From the NCBI GenBank assembly GCA_046094845.1, contig JBJTIE010000183.1, positions 1-37,786 of the forward strand: 37,786 bases of DNA, read 5' to 3'. Under the pieces are notes generated by a model. The model was not told the origin of the DNA. It made no database searches and saw only the letters and a list, made by a program, of their open reading frames with translations. This document shows, in pieces, positions 1 to 9,647 of the stretch. Positions within the stretch are counted from its first letter, which is position 1, and each line of letters starts with the position of its first letter. This DNA is from Planctomycetaceae bacterium (GTDB lineage Bacteria; Planctomycetota; Planctomycetia; Pirellulales; UBA1268). The position numbers and the translations under genes are program-made.

Positions 1-170
1 GGCTCGTTGAGCGTTTCGATCCGCGCCGGCAGCCTCATGAGCGGCCGCGGCGGTGCGGCCGGCTCGGCGGCCAGGGCCTGTGGCACGAGGCACACGAGGC
101 TGGCGAGTGTCAGGGGGATTGCGATGCCCGCGCACCTCACACATGAAGACGCATACCGCAGCATGGCCAC
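1..170 (-). CDS. 5' part of a secreted hypothetical protein (runs off the window edge)
   Basis: On the minus strand, AGGAG is followed by GTG at 170. The frame reads MAMLRYASSCVRCAGIAIPLTLASLVCLVPQALA|AEPAAPPRP..., a signal-peptide-like N-terminus with an ALA cleavage motif, and stays open to the edge. Not in the ORF track. Confidence 0.6.
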   Translation of the reverse strand, partial: MAMLRYASSCVRCAGIAIPLTLASLVCLVPQALAAEPAAPPRPLMRLPARIETLNE

Positions 171-386
171 GATGATTCTCCTGGAACGAAACGGGGCGGC
201 CGCTGCACGGTCTCGCCCCAAGGCGGGGGGACAGTAGGCGTCGCGGCCCGTCGCGTCCAGACCAGCCTCGCGGCCCGCTGTCGGGGCCCCCAGCCTGCCC
301 AGTGTGACGGGCACGGCGGGGCGTGACACGCCCGCGCGTGGGTACACTTCGGCAGATCTCTCCACGCCCCGCCTCGCGTCGCACCC

Positions 387-1814
387 ATGCCCTTTCCTCT
401 CCGCATCGCCGTCATCGGAGGTGGCATGGCCGGACTGGCCGCCGCGGAAGAGGCCGTGGCGTTGGCGGCCTCCGCCGAGCAGCCCGTGGAGATCACGCTG
501 GTCGAGGCGGCAGGGCGAGTGGGGGGCGTGCTGTCCACGGTCCGTCAGGACGGCTGGCTCATCGAGCGATCGGCCGACAATTTTCTGGCGGCCCGGCCCG
601 AGGCCGTGCAGTTGGTGGAGCGGCTCGGCCTGCAGGGTCAGCTCGTGGGCGTCGATCCACGCGTCCGGCGGGCGCTCGTCTGGCACGAGGGCCGTGCCGT
701 GCCGGCACCGCACGGGTTTCGGCTGCTCGCGCCGGGGCGAATCGGGCCGATGCTCTCCACGCCGCTGCTGTCACCCGCAGGGCGGTTGCGGCTGCTCATG
801 GAGCGGTTCGTGCCCCGGCGATCGACGCCGGGCGACGAGTCGCTCGAGTCGTTCGTCGTGCGGCGACTCGGCCGCGAGGCCTTCGAACGGCTGGTGCAGC
901 CCCTGGCGGCCGGCATCTGGACGGCCGACCCCGCGCGGTTGAGCATGGCCGCGGCCTGCGGCGAGTTTCTGGCGATGGAACGGGAACAGGGGAGCCTGTG
1001 GGCGGGTGAGCAGCGGCGGGCTCGGGCTGCCGCGGCGCCGTCGGCGGCGGGAGCCCGCTACGGACAGTTCCTCACGCTGACGTCGGGGATGGAAACGCTT
1101 CCCGCACGGCTGGCGGAGCGGTTGCGTGAGCGCGGCGTGCGGTTCGTCGATGCGGCTGCCGCCGGGCTCGAGCGGCTGCCGGGCGGCTCGAGGCGGGTCG
1201 CCCGCGCCGGCCGGGAGGGGGCCGGCACCGTGATCGACGCCGACGCAGTCGTGGTCGCGGTGCCTGCGACCGTGGCCGCACGGCTGATCGCGTCGATCGA
1301 GCCGGCTCTGACCGCTGACCTGTCGGGCATCGAGTATGCCGGTTCGGCCGTGATCTCACTCGGCTTCGCGCGGGCCGACGTGACGCACCCGCTCGATGCC
1401 GCCGGCATGGTGATCCCACGTCGGGCTGGGCGACGGATTTTGGCGGTGAGCTTCTCGAGTTCGAAATATCCCGGACGCGCGCCGGAAGGCAGCGTGCTGC
1501 TGCGGGTGTTCGCCGGAGGCGCGCTCGATCCCGATGTCGTGCGACGGGATGACGCGACGCTCGAGACCATCGCACGCGAGGAGGTGGCGGAGCTGCTCGG
1601 CGCCCGCGGCACGCCGCGCGTGGTGCAGATCGACCGCTGGCATGGTGCCATGCCGCAGTATCATGTCGGCCACGCGGAGCGGGTCGCGCGGATCATGGAG
1701 CGGACGGCGGCGGTCCGCGGGCTCGGCCTGGCGGGGGCCGCCTTCACGGGCGTCGGCATTCCGCAGGTGATCGCGTCGGGCCAGGCGGCGGCCCGCCAGG
1801 CCTGTGCCGGCTAG
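387..1814 (+). CDS. hemG: Protoporphyrinogen/coproporphyrinogen III oxidase (HemY/HemG family)
   Basis: N-terminal FAD motif IAVIGGGMAGLAAA, plus RVGG, ERSADNF, DESLESFVVRRLG, RW..AMPQYHVGH and C-terminal GVGIP. Confidence 0.93.
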   Translation: MPFPLRIAVIGGGMAGLAAAEEAVALAASAEQPVEITLVEAAGRVGGVLSTVRQDGWLIERSADNFLAARPEAVQLVERLGLQGQLVGVDPRVRRALVWHEGRAVPAPHGFRLLAPGRIGPMLSTPLLSPAGRLRLLMERFVPRRSTPGDESLESFVVRRLGREAFERLVQPLAAGIWTADPARLSMAAACGEFLAMEREQGSLWAGEQRRARAAAAPSAAGARYGQFLTLTSGMETLPARLAERLRERGVRFVDAAAAGLERLPGGSRRVARAGREGAGTVIDADAVVVAVPATVAARLIASIEPALTADLSGIEYAGSAVISLGFARADVTHPLDAAGMVIPRRAGRRILAVSFSSSKYPGRAPEGSVLLRVFAGGALDPDVVRRDDATLETIAREEVAELLGARGTPRVVQIDRWHGAMPQYHVGHAERVARIMERTAAVRGLGLAGAAFTGVGIPQVIASGQAAARQACAG

Positions 1815-1818
1815 GCCG

Positions 1819-2064
1819 CTACTTCTTCTTCGCGGCGGCGCCGGCGGCCGGCTTGGCTGCCGCACCTTCGGCGGCCTCGTCCTTGGCCTTCTTCTTTTTC
1901 TTCATCGCCATCTTCTGGACGCGAACCTTCGGCAGGCCGATCGGGCTGCGGCCTTCCTTCCAGATCTCCTGCTCCTTCATCTTGGCGATCCGCTCGGCAC
2001 GGGTAAGCACGCCGCGGGCGTTGGTGCCCCCCTTGCGGACCTTCAGGCTCTTGTCCATCGTCAT
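1819..2064 (-). CDS. PVC-superphylum small basic protein
   Basis: MTMDKSLK...RGVLTRAERI...W.EGRSPIGLPKVRV with a Lys-rich tail matches the Planctomycetes/Verrucomicrobia/Chlamydiae small basic protein pattern. Start reassigned to ATG at 2064. Confidence 0.85.
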   Translation of the reverse strand: MTMDKSLKVRKGGTNARGVLTRAERIAKMKEQEIWKEGRSPIGLPKVRVQKMAMKKKKKAKDEAAEGAAAKPAAGAAAKKK

Positions 2065-2178
2065 CGGAGTCGATCCTCGTCGCTGTCCAGAAACCGCGGC
2101 CGGGTCGGCCACGCGAGCCTTGGAAGGTACGAACCGCCGCCGGCCCGATCAAGGGCGGCCGGGCGAAGCCGCGGCATT

Positions 2179-3036
2179 TCAGGCCTTCACGCCCGCCACC
2201 AGTTTCAGGAAAGCCTCCATCGTGGGTGGCCGCCTGGCCGGGTCGGAGGCGAGGCAGGCCACGATCGCATCGGCGAGGGCCGCCGGGATCTCGGGCCAGA
2301 GGGTGCGGATGTCGGTGGGAGGCGACTCGTGCGTGAGGGCGGCCTGTGCGGACGAGGAGCGTGGCCACGGCGGCTGCAGCGTGCAGATCTCGTAGGCGGT
2401 CACGCCGAACGAAAACACGTCGAGCCGGCGGTCAGCCTGCCGGCGACGGATCACCTCGGGCGCCATGTAGTTCGGTGTGCCGACACGGTTTCCCGGCTGA
2501 AGAAAGGCCGGCTTGTCGGGCACCGTGAGCCCGAAGTCGAAGAGCACGAGCCGGCCGTCCGGGCGGAGCAGAAAGTTCCGCGGGCAGATGTCGCGGTGCA
2601 CGAACCCCGCGGCATGCACGGCGGCGATGGCCGCGGCTGCCTGCCGCACGAGGTCGAGCCGCTGCGCGGGAGCGAGTGGCTTCTTCGCCGAGATGACCGC
2701 ATGCAGCAGCGTGCCCTCGATGAACTCCTGGAGAATGAAGGCGTCGCCGGTCGTGGACGTGCCCGACTCGAGCGTCCGCACGATGTTCGGCCCTGTGATC
2801 CGCGTGCCGATCTCGCCTTCCGACGGCTTGTCGAGCCCCTTGTAGCGGGCCTCGACGGGATCCTGCTTGCGGCGGTCGATCAGCTTGAGCCCCGCCACGG
2901 CCCCGGACTTCGTGTCCCGCACCTTGTAGAAGGTCGACATCGTGCCGGAATTGCTCTCCTGCAGCCGCTCGAATCGCCGCCAGAGATCGACCCGATCCGA
3001 GCCGAAGAGTTTCGTGAAAAACCCGCCCACTGCCAT
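2179..3036 (-). CDS. Ser/Thr protein kinase, catalytic domain only, atypical motifs
   Basis: HRDICPRN, DFG, GTPNYMAPE and DVFSFG motifs. Start at ATG 3036 (MAVGGFF), because the longer ORF extension overlaps an upstream small gene. Confidence 0.88.
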   Translation of the reverse strand: MAVGGFFTKLFGSDRVDLWRRFERLQESNSGTMSTFYKVRDTKSGAVAGLKLIDRRKQDPVEARYKGLDKPSEGEIGTRITGPNIVRTLESGTSTTGDAFILQEFIEGTLLHAVISAKKPLAPAQRLDLVRQAAAAIAAVHAAGFVHRDICPRNFLLRPDGRLVLFDFGLTVPDKPAFLQPGNRVGTPNYMAPEVIRRRQADRRLDVFSFGVTAYEICTLQPPWPRSSSAQAALTHESPPTDIRTLWPEIPAALADAIVACLASDPARRPPTMEAFLKLVAGVKA

Positions 3037-3070
3037 CCCCGTGTCATGTGTCTCGACGATGAACCACCGC

Positions 3071-3241
3071 TCAGGCCTTCTTGAGGGCGGCGAGCTCGGT
3101 ATGGGCGGCGGCAAGTTCCTTCTCCAGCCGCGGCACCTCGGCGGGATCGTCGGGCTGCTTCTTCGCGCCGGCCAGAAGCTGCTGCAGCTTCGCGATCTTC
3201 TGCTGCAGCACCTCCATCCGCTTCTTGTCTTTCTTGTCCAT
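3071..3241 (-). CDS. Small (56 aa) coiled-coil hypothetical protein
   Basis: MDKKDKKRMEVLQQKIAKLQQLLAGAKKQPDDPAEVPRLEKELAAAHTELAALKKA*. GAGGGAG RBS upstream, strong GC3 codon bias, and it fills the gap between two co-oriented genes. Below the ORF-track cutoff. Confidence 0.8.
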   Translation of the reverse strand: MDKKDKKRMEVLQQKIAKLQQLLAGAKKQPDDPAEVPRLEKELAAAHTELAALKKA

Positions 3242-3283
3242 CGGAAGACTCCCTCGCAGGTCGCGCAGGCCTCGTCGGAAAGG

Positions 3284-3847
3284 CTATTCCTCGCGAGCGG
3301 CGGCCGGCTGCTGCGCGTCGCCGGTCGCATCGACACCAGTTTCCATGCGCACGCCGCCGTCGAACATCACATTGGGCCCGGTGTGCAGCTGCCGCATCCA
3401 GCCTGAAATCATCACGACGGCCAGCGCGAGGCCGAGCGTGACGGACAGCCAGGTGGACCGGGCGTTGCGGATCCACTGGGTGCCCTGACCGCGGCCCACC
3501 AACGCACTGGCAAAGTAGAAGATCACGAGTGCGAGCAGGAACTTCGCTCCGAAGAGCGCGTGATAGCTCGTCTGCCGCATCCACATGCCGCCGCCCCAGC
3601 CCTCCGCCTTCACGCGGGCGTTGAACAGGAAAAAGTTTGCGAGGCCGCTGGCGAGCAGAAGCGTGATGGCTCCGATCACCCACGGAAGCCAGCGGCGGCG
3701 GATCGCATCGTGGAGCCGGTCGCGGGTCGTGGCATCGAGTTCGGACATCGCAGGCAGCAGGCCGAAGCGGGCGAAGGCCAGGCCCCCGACGGCGACGATC
3801 GCGGCGAGGATGTGAGCCCAGCGGAGAAGGAGCAGCGTCGGGTCCAT
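3284..3847 (-). CDS. Membrane protein with about 4 TM helices (CopD/DUF4149-like)
   Basis: MDPTLLLLRWAHILAAIVAVGG..., LLLASG..N, K.LLAL and several hydrophobic segments. Start reassigned to ATG 3847. Confidence 0.75.
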   Translation of the reverse strand: MDPTLLLLRWAHILAAIVAVGGLAFARFGLLPAMSELDATTRDRLHDAIRRRWLPWVIGAITLLLASGLANFFLFNARVKAEGWGGGMWMRQTSYHALFGAKFLLALVIFYFASALVGRGQGTQWIRNARSTWLSVTLGLALAVVMISGWMRQLHTGPNVMFDGGVRMETGVDATGDAQQPAAAREE

Positions 3848-4016
3848 GTGGGGTCCGGATGGTTTCTGAAGGTGAGGAGCGGTGGCGATCAGCCGCCGGA
3901 TTGCCAGAGCGTACCTGATCCCGTGGGGCTTCCCAAACGGCCGTGCCCCGAGGCGCGTGTGGCGGCGCCGACCGACCCCGCCTACAGTGACTCGTCCGCC
4001 ACCATAGGTGAACCGC

Positions 4017-4529
4017 ATGGACGACCCATTCGACCCCGACGACGATCCCTTCGACGACACCGCCGCCGCCCTGCCCGGGACTCGGCCCGACGAGCGGTGG
4101 ATGCGGCTGGCCCTCGACGAAGCGCGGGCCGCGGCGGCCGAAGACGAGGTGCCGGTGGGGGCGATCGTGGTGGCGTCCGGCCGCGTGATCGCCAGCGCCC
4201 ACAACCAGCGGGAGCAGCTCTCCGACCCGACGGCTCACGCCGAGATGATCGCCCTCACCCAGGCGGCGGCCCAACTCGGCTCCTGGCGGCTCGAGCGGTG
4301 CACGCTCTATGTCACCCTCGAGCCCTGCCCGATGTGTGCCGGCGCGATCCTGCAGGCCCGGGTGCCGCGGGTGGTGTGGGGTGCCGCCGATCCGAAGGCG
4401 GGCGCCGTGGAATCGCTCTACCGGCTCTTCGAGGATTCCCGGCTCAATCACCGCGTGGACCACGTCGGCCGCGTGCTCGCCGACGACTGCGGCCGCATCC
4501 TCACGGAGTTCTTCCGCGGCAAACGGTGA
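4017..4529 (+). CDS. tadA: tRNA-specific adenosine deaminase
   Basis: [36 protein letters not shown] and C-terminal FF motifs. Confidence 0.93.
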   Translation: MDDPFDPDDDPFDDTAAALPGTRPDERWMRLALDEARAAAAEDEVPVGAIVVASGRVIASAHNQREQLSDPTAHAEMIALTQAAAQLGSWRLERCTLYVTLEPCPMCAGAILQARVPRVVWGAADPKAGAVESLYRLFEDSRLNHRVDHVGRVLADDCGRILTEFFRGKR

Positions 4530-4539
4530 ACGGCGCGCC

Positions 4540-5895
<1,356 letters not shown>

Positions 5896-5956
5896 GGTGC
5901 AGTCTCCGAACGCGGGCAGGACAGGCGCCAGAACAGCCCGTCGATGTGAATACCGA

Positions 5957-5985
5957 AGCTTAGCCCGCGCCGTGAGGTCCGGCAA
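5957..5985 (-). promoter_or_regulatory. Putative sigma70-type promoter of gltA
   Basis: Minus strand TTGCCG-N17-TAAGCT, about 60 nt upstream of the start codon. Confidence 0.45.
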
Positions 5986-5999
5986 CGAGGCTGCGTCAC

Positions 6000-6138
6000 C
6001 CTGGGGCTTAGGCCGGCAACCGTCTGAAAGTGGCGCCGGCTCGGGGGCGGTACAAGTCGCGTCGCTGAACCTCGAAGACTCGGTTCAAATGCTCCTCGAG
6101 CTTGCACCGACCCCCTCGCCTCCACAGAAGCCCCCAGG
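6000..6138 (-). ncRNA. Candidate structured ncRNA (long rod-like hairpin), family unknown
   Basis: Nested complementary blocks: CCTGGGGGCTT/AAGCCCCAGG, GGGGG/CCCCC, CGGTGCAAG/CTTGTACCG and TGAACC/GGTTCA. The G-U pair is possible only on the minus strand. Confidence 0.4.
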
Positions 6139-6189
6139 CGCAAGCCGGGGGATCGTGCGCCGCTATCCCCTCGCTCGCGCTCAGGGCTT
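6128..6189. repeat. Imperfect inverted repeat (REP-like, family C) just downstream of the PPIase gene; could also act as a terminator
   Basis: aagcccccaggcgcaagccgggggat (6128-6153) versus atcccctcgctcgcgctcagggctt (6165-6189); each arm is itself a small palindrome. Confidence 0.6.
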
Positions 6190-6199
6190 GTCTGGGATT

Positions 6200-7642
6200 T
6201 TATCGGCGGGTGGTGTCGTCGGCGGTCGGGCGGGCGGCGGTTACGGCGTCGGCGGGCTGGCCGTCGAAGATGGTCCACACGGGGGTCCGCTCGCGGAGCC
6301 GTGCCAGGTAGTCGTCCACCTGCCGCTGCCGACGCTCCTCGTGGAGCTTGTTGCGGATGTCCACCTGCGCCTCGACGAACGACGTGCGGCCCGCCTCCTT
6401 CCGCTCGGTCACGCGGACGATGTGCAGGGCGTTTTCATCGGCGAGGATCGTGCTCAACTGGCCGACCGGCAGCGAGAAGATGGCCTCGTCGAGGACGAGT
6501 GATGAGAGGCTGCCCTTCGTCGTCCAGTCGAACTGGCCGCCGGTGGCCGCGGTCGGCCCTTCCGACTTGGCCTTGGCCACGTCGGCGAGGGGGCGGCCGG
6601 CGAGCACCTCGTTGCCCATCTCGGCGAGCATCTGCCAGGCCTGCTGCCGCGAACGCTTGAGGCCGTCCTTCACGGTGAGCGCCTCGAACCGGGCCTTGGC
6701 GGGGTAGTCGTATTCGGCGAGATGATTTTGATACCAGGCGATCATGTCGGCGTGCGGGATCTCGCCATCGGCGCCGGCGTTCTTGCGCATCCACTCCTGG
6801 GCGATGCCTCGCTCGAAGAACATCTTCCGCATCCGATCGAGCGACTGCCCCTTCGCTCGCAGCGACTGCTCGTACTCGATCGTATTGGCGGCCTTTGACT
6901 CCTGCATGAGCTTCGGCAGAAACTGCTCGTCGAAGGCCTTGTCGACGTTCGTGCGGATCTCTGGCAGCTTATCCTCGGGAATCTCGCGGCAGGCATCGAC
7001 GTAGACGAGCAGCGTTTCGATGTGCTGGTCGATCACCTGCTTGCAGATCTGGAGCTTCAGCTGGCGGAGCTGCTCGGGCTTGAGGTTCGCCGACACGCTG
7101 TCGAGCCAGTCGAGGGCCTTGGGCGTGAGCAGGTCGCTTTCCAGCACCACCTCGGGGCCAACGCGGGCCACCACGAGCGCGGTCTCCAGCGACACGGCCT
7201 GCGGCGCCGGGGGCGCCGCACCGCCGCTCGGCGTCTGCTCGGCGGCGGCCTGTTCGAAGGCGGTCTGGATCACGCCGGCATCGGCAGCCGGTGCGGCCGG
7301 GGCGGTGGCGGCTGCGGGCAGTTTCAGCGGCGCGCCGGGCGTGGTGCGAATGCTCGAAAGCACGTGCTTGTCTTTGTCGACGGCATCACGAAAGAGATCG
7401 GTGGCCGCCGGTGCCTTCCCTTCTGCTGCCGATGTCGCGGCGGAATCAGCTGGCTTCGTGGCCGTCGGCCAGTCAGCCGGCCGTGACACGGCCTCCGGCA
7501 CGTTCGGCGCGAGGCCGGGGCGGATGGCCTGCCGCGGATCGACGTCCTGGGCGCAGGCACTGTCGATGGCGCAGCAGACGGCGAACGCGACGGCGAGGTG
7601 CCGTGGGCGGAGCCGGCGCGGGCGTGGGAGCGAGGCGTGCAT
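6200..7642 (-). CDS. Secreted PpiC/parvulin-type peptidyl-prolyl isomerase (SurA/PrsA-like)
   Basis: Signal peptide, low-complexity linker, VVARVGPEV, and a C-terminal rotamase pattern (VAKAKSEG.TA..GG.FDW, AIFSLPVGQLS, LHIVRV). Confidence 0.85.
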   Translation of the reverse strand: MHASLPRPRRLRPRHLAVAFAVCCAIDSACAQDVDPRQAIRPGLAPNVPEAVSRPADWPTATKPADSAATSAAEGKAPAATDLFRDAVDKDKHVLSSIRTTPGAPLKLPAAATAPAAPAADAGVIQTAFEQAAAEQTPSGGAAPPAPQAVSLETALVVARVGPEVVLESDLLTPKALDWLDSVSANLKPEQLRQLKLQICKQVIDQHIETLLVYVDACREIPEDKLPEIRTNVDKAFDEQFLPKLMQESKAANTIEYEQSLRAKGQSLDRMRKMFFERGIAQEWMRKNAGADGEIPHADMIAWYQNHLAEYDYPAKARFEALTVKDGLKRSRQQAWQMLAEMGNEVLAGRPLADVAKAKSEGPTAATGGQFDWTTKGSLSSLVLDEAIFSLPVGQLSTILADENALHIVRVTERKEAGRTSFVEAQVDIRNKLHEERRQRQVDDYLARLRERTPVWTIFDGQPADAVTAARPTADDTTRR

Positions 7643-7751
7643 CGGTGCGGCCGCAGAGGGAGCGGGACTCTAGGAGCACCCCACCGCCGCCGCAATGCCG
7701 AAAAAGCCACGGCGAACTCGTTAATTGAAGCCCGCAACGCGATCGGAAGCA

Positions 7752-9608
7752 TCACGCGGCGTACGAGACGAGCGTCTCACCGATGGCGTCTGAAGTCTCG
7801 TGACCCACGACGTGCCGCAACCAGACTTCCAGCCCGACCATGAGAAACAGAAGGTCCGTGTCGTGCCGCAGATCATCGACGATGAATTCCGTCGTCGCCT
7901 TTGACCACTGCAACTGATCGGCCAGAAGCCCGTCGAGCAGGATGCGCTCGGTGCCGCGCGTATAGGCAGGCGGGATCGGGAAACCTTTCTTGCGGGCAAA
8001 GACGACGTCGCGCGGAAGACGATCGAGCGCGACTGTTTTCAGCGACCACTTGCCCTGGCCGCGCCGCAGTTTGGCCGAGCGGGGAAGATGCATGCCGAAG
8101 TCAATCATGCGGTTTTCAAGAAATGGAACCCGCATTTCCACCGAGGCGGCCATGCTCATGTGATCGTGGCGGTGCAGAACCCACGACAGGTGTTCGACGA
8201 GGTCGGCGAGGCCGGAAACGACCAGGGCACGATCGGAGAGGCTGTCTATGCCCGACAGGCTCTCGAAAAGCCGGCGTGGCAGAAACTCTCGCTCGGCATC
8301 GGCGGCGAGCGCCATGCGGGATCTGCAGCGATGGAAGCGGCTACTGATGCTGGGCCGCTGCAGCGGAAAGCCGCACTGCCGGGACGGTGATCGCCCCCCG
8401 AGAAAACGCGTGACCGCCCGCAACCATGCCTTTCCTCGCCAGTACCGGTGAGCAGCGGAGTGCCACGCATAGCCTCCGAAGAGTTCGTCGGCTCCCTCGC
8501 CGGTGAGCAGAACCTTGATTCCGTCCGCTCGGCAGGCGCGAGCGACGGCGAGCAGTGCCGGCTCACTGTGATGATGGGTGGGGCCGTCCAGATGCCGGAT
8601 ACAGACCGGCCATAGCCGGAGGTAGTCCTCGCGGGGAACCGCCACCTCACGGATCGGGATTGTGATGTGGCGACCGACACGCTTGGCTTGGGCAGCCTCA
8701 CCACGGCCCACAGGTGCTTCGGCGACATAGCCGACAAGGCCCGGCCTGTCGTCGCCGGCATATGCCGCAATCAGGCTGGAGTCGACTCCACCGCTGCACA
8801 TCGCGGCGATCGGGGCGTCACTTGCGAGATGGATGCGGACACTCTCCTGAAGGCTGCTGCGCAGGGTTTCCGTGACATGCCCCAGATTGATCGACCGGTG
8901 GTTGTCCGTCAGGCGTATGCGATCGATCGCGGTCTCGACGTCGAAGTAGCGATGCTGTGCGATGCCATCGACGGTCACCTTCCACCAACTGCCGGGCGGC
9001 ATACCGGCGATGCCTGCGTACAGCGTGTCGTGACACCGTCGCCTCACGAGGAATGCCCTGCTCAGCGCCGCCTCATCGACTCGCGTGGTCACCCCGGGAT
9101 GGGCGAGTATGGCCTTTATCTCGGAGGCAAAGATCACGTCCTGGCCGGTCTCCGCGACATACAACGGCTTGATGCCGAGCCGATCGCGGGCCAGCCACAA
9201 GGCTCCGCACCGGAGATCGAGGTAGGCGAAGGCAAACATCCCGTTCAGCAGGGGTATGGTTCGCTCCGGTCCCCAGGAATGGAGGGCCGCAAGCAGGATC
9301 TCCGTGTCACTCTTTCCAGCGAAAGAAACCCCTTCCTTCTCCAGTTCGCTGCGGAGTTCGAGGTAGTTGTAGATCTCACCGTTGTAGGTGAGCACGCCGC
9401 GGCGATCGGAGCTCAGCATCGGCTGGTGTCCAGCCGCCGACAGGTCGATGATCGAGAGCCGACGATGCCCCAGTGCGACACGACCATCCGCCCAGACGCC
9501 CCCACCATCCGGCCCGCGATGCAGGATCGTCGCCAGCATCCGCTCAACGAGTTCAGGGTCGGCTCGATCTCCGTCGCGTCGCCGCCAGATCCCTACGATT
9601 CCACACAT
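7752..9608 (-). CDS. asnB: Asparagine synthase (glutamine-hydrolysing) family amidotransferase
   Basis: N-terminal MCGI, HRGPDG, LGHRRLSIIDL, NGEIYN, SDTE, RDRLGIKPLY, SGGVDSS, LTGEGADELFGGY, EMRVPFL and KKGF motifs. Confidence 0.9.
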   Translation of the reverse strand: MCGIVGIWRRRDGDRADPELVERMLATILHRGPDGGGVWADGRVALGHRRLSIIDLSAAGHQPMLSSDRRGVLTYNGEIYNYLELRSELEKEGVSFAGKSDTEILLAALHSWGPERTIPLLNGMFAFAYLDLRCGALWLARDRLGIKPLYVAETGQDVIFASEIKAILAHPGVTTRVDEAALSRAFLVRRRCHDTLYAGIAGMPPGSWWKVTVDGIAQHRYFDVETAIDRIRLTDNHRSINLGHVTETLRSSLQESVRIHLASDAPIAAMCSGGVDSSLIAAYAGDDRPGLVGYVAEAPVGRGEAAQAKRVGRHITIPIREVAVPREDYLRLWPVCIRHLDGPTHHHSEPALLAVARACRADGIKVLLTGEGADELFGGYAWHSAAHRYWRGKAWLRAVTRFLGGRSPSRQCGFPLQRPSISSRFHRCRSRMALAADAEREFLPRRLFESLSGIDSLSDRALVVSGLADLVEHLSWVLHRHDHMSMAASVEMRVPFLENRMIDFGMHLPRSAKLRRGQGKWSLKTVALDRLPRDVVFARKKGFPIPPAYTRGTERILLDGLLADQLQWSKATTEFIVDDLRHDTDLLFLMVGLEVWLRHVVGHETSDAIGETLVSYAA

Positions 9609-9647
9609 CGGATGTCTCGTGCTGTCAGGAGTGCCCGGATCGGTCCA

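Noticed and set aside
6000-6138. Firm call as 6S RNA, SRP RNA or a gltA riboswitch
   Set aside because: There is no canonical 6S central bubble layout and no SRP helix-8 motif, and a promoter candidate lies between it and gltA. Kept only as a candidate ncRNA.
7752-9608. Lasso peptide cyclase
   Set aside because: The Ntn glutaminase domain is intact (Cys at position 2), and no precursor, B1/B2 peptidase or transporter genes are nearby.
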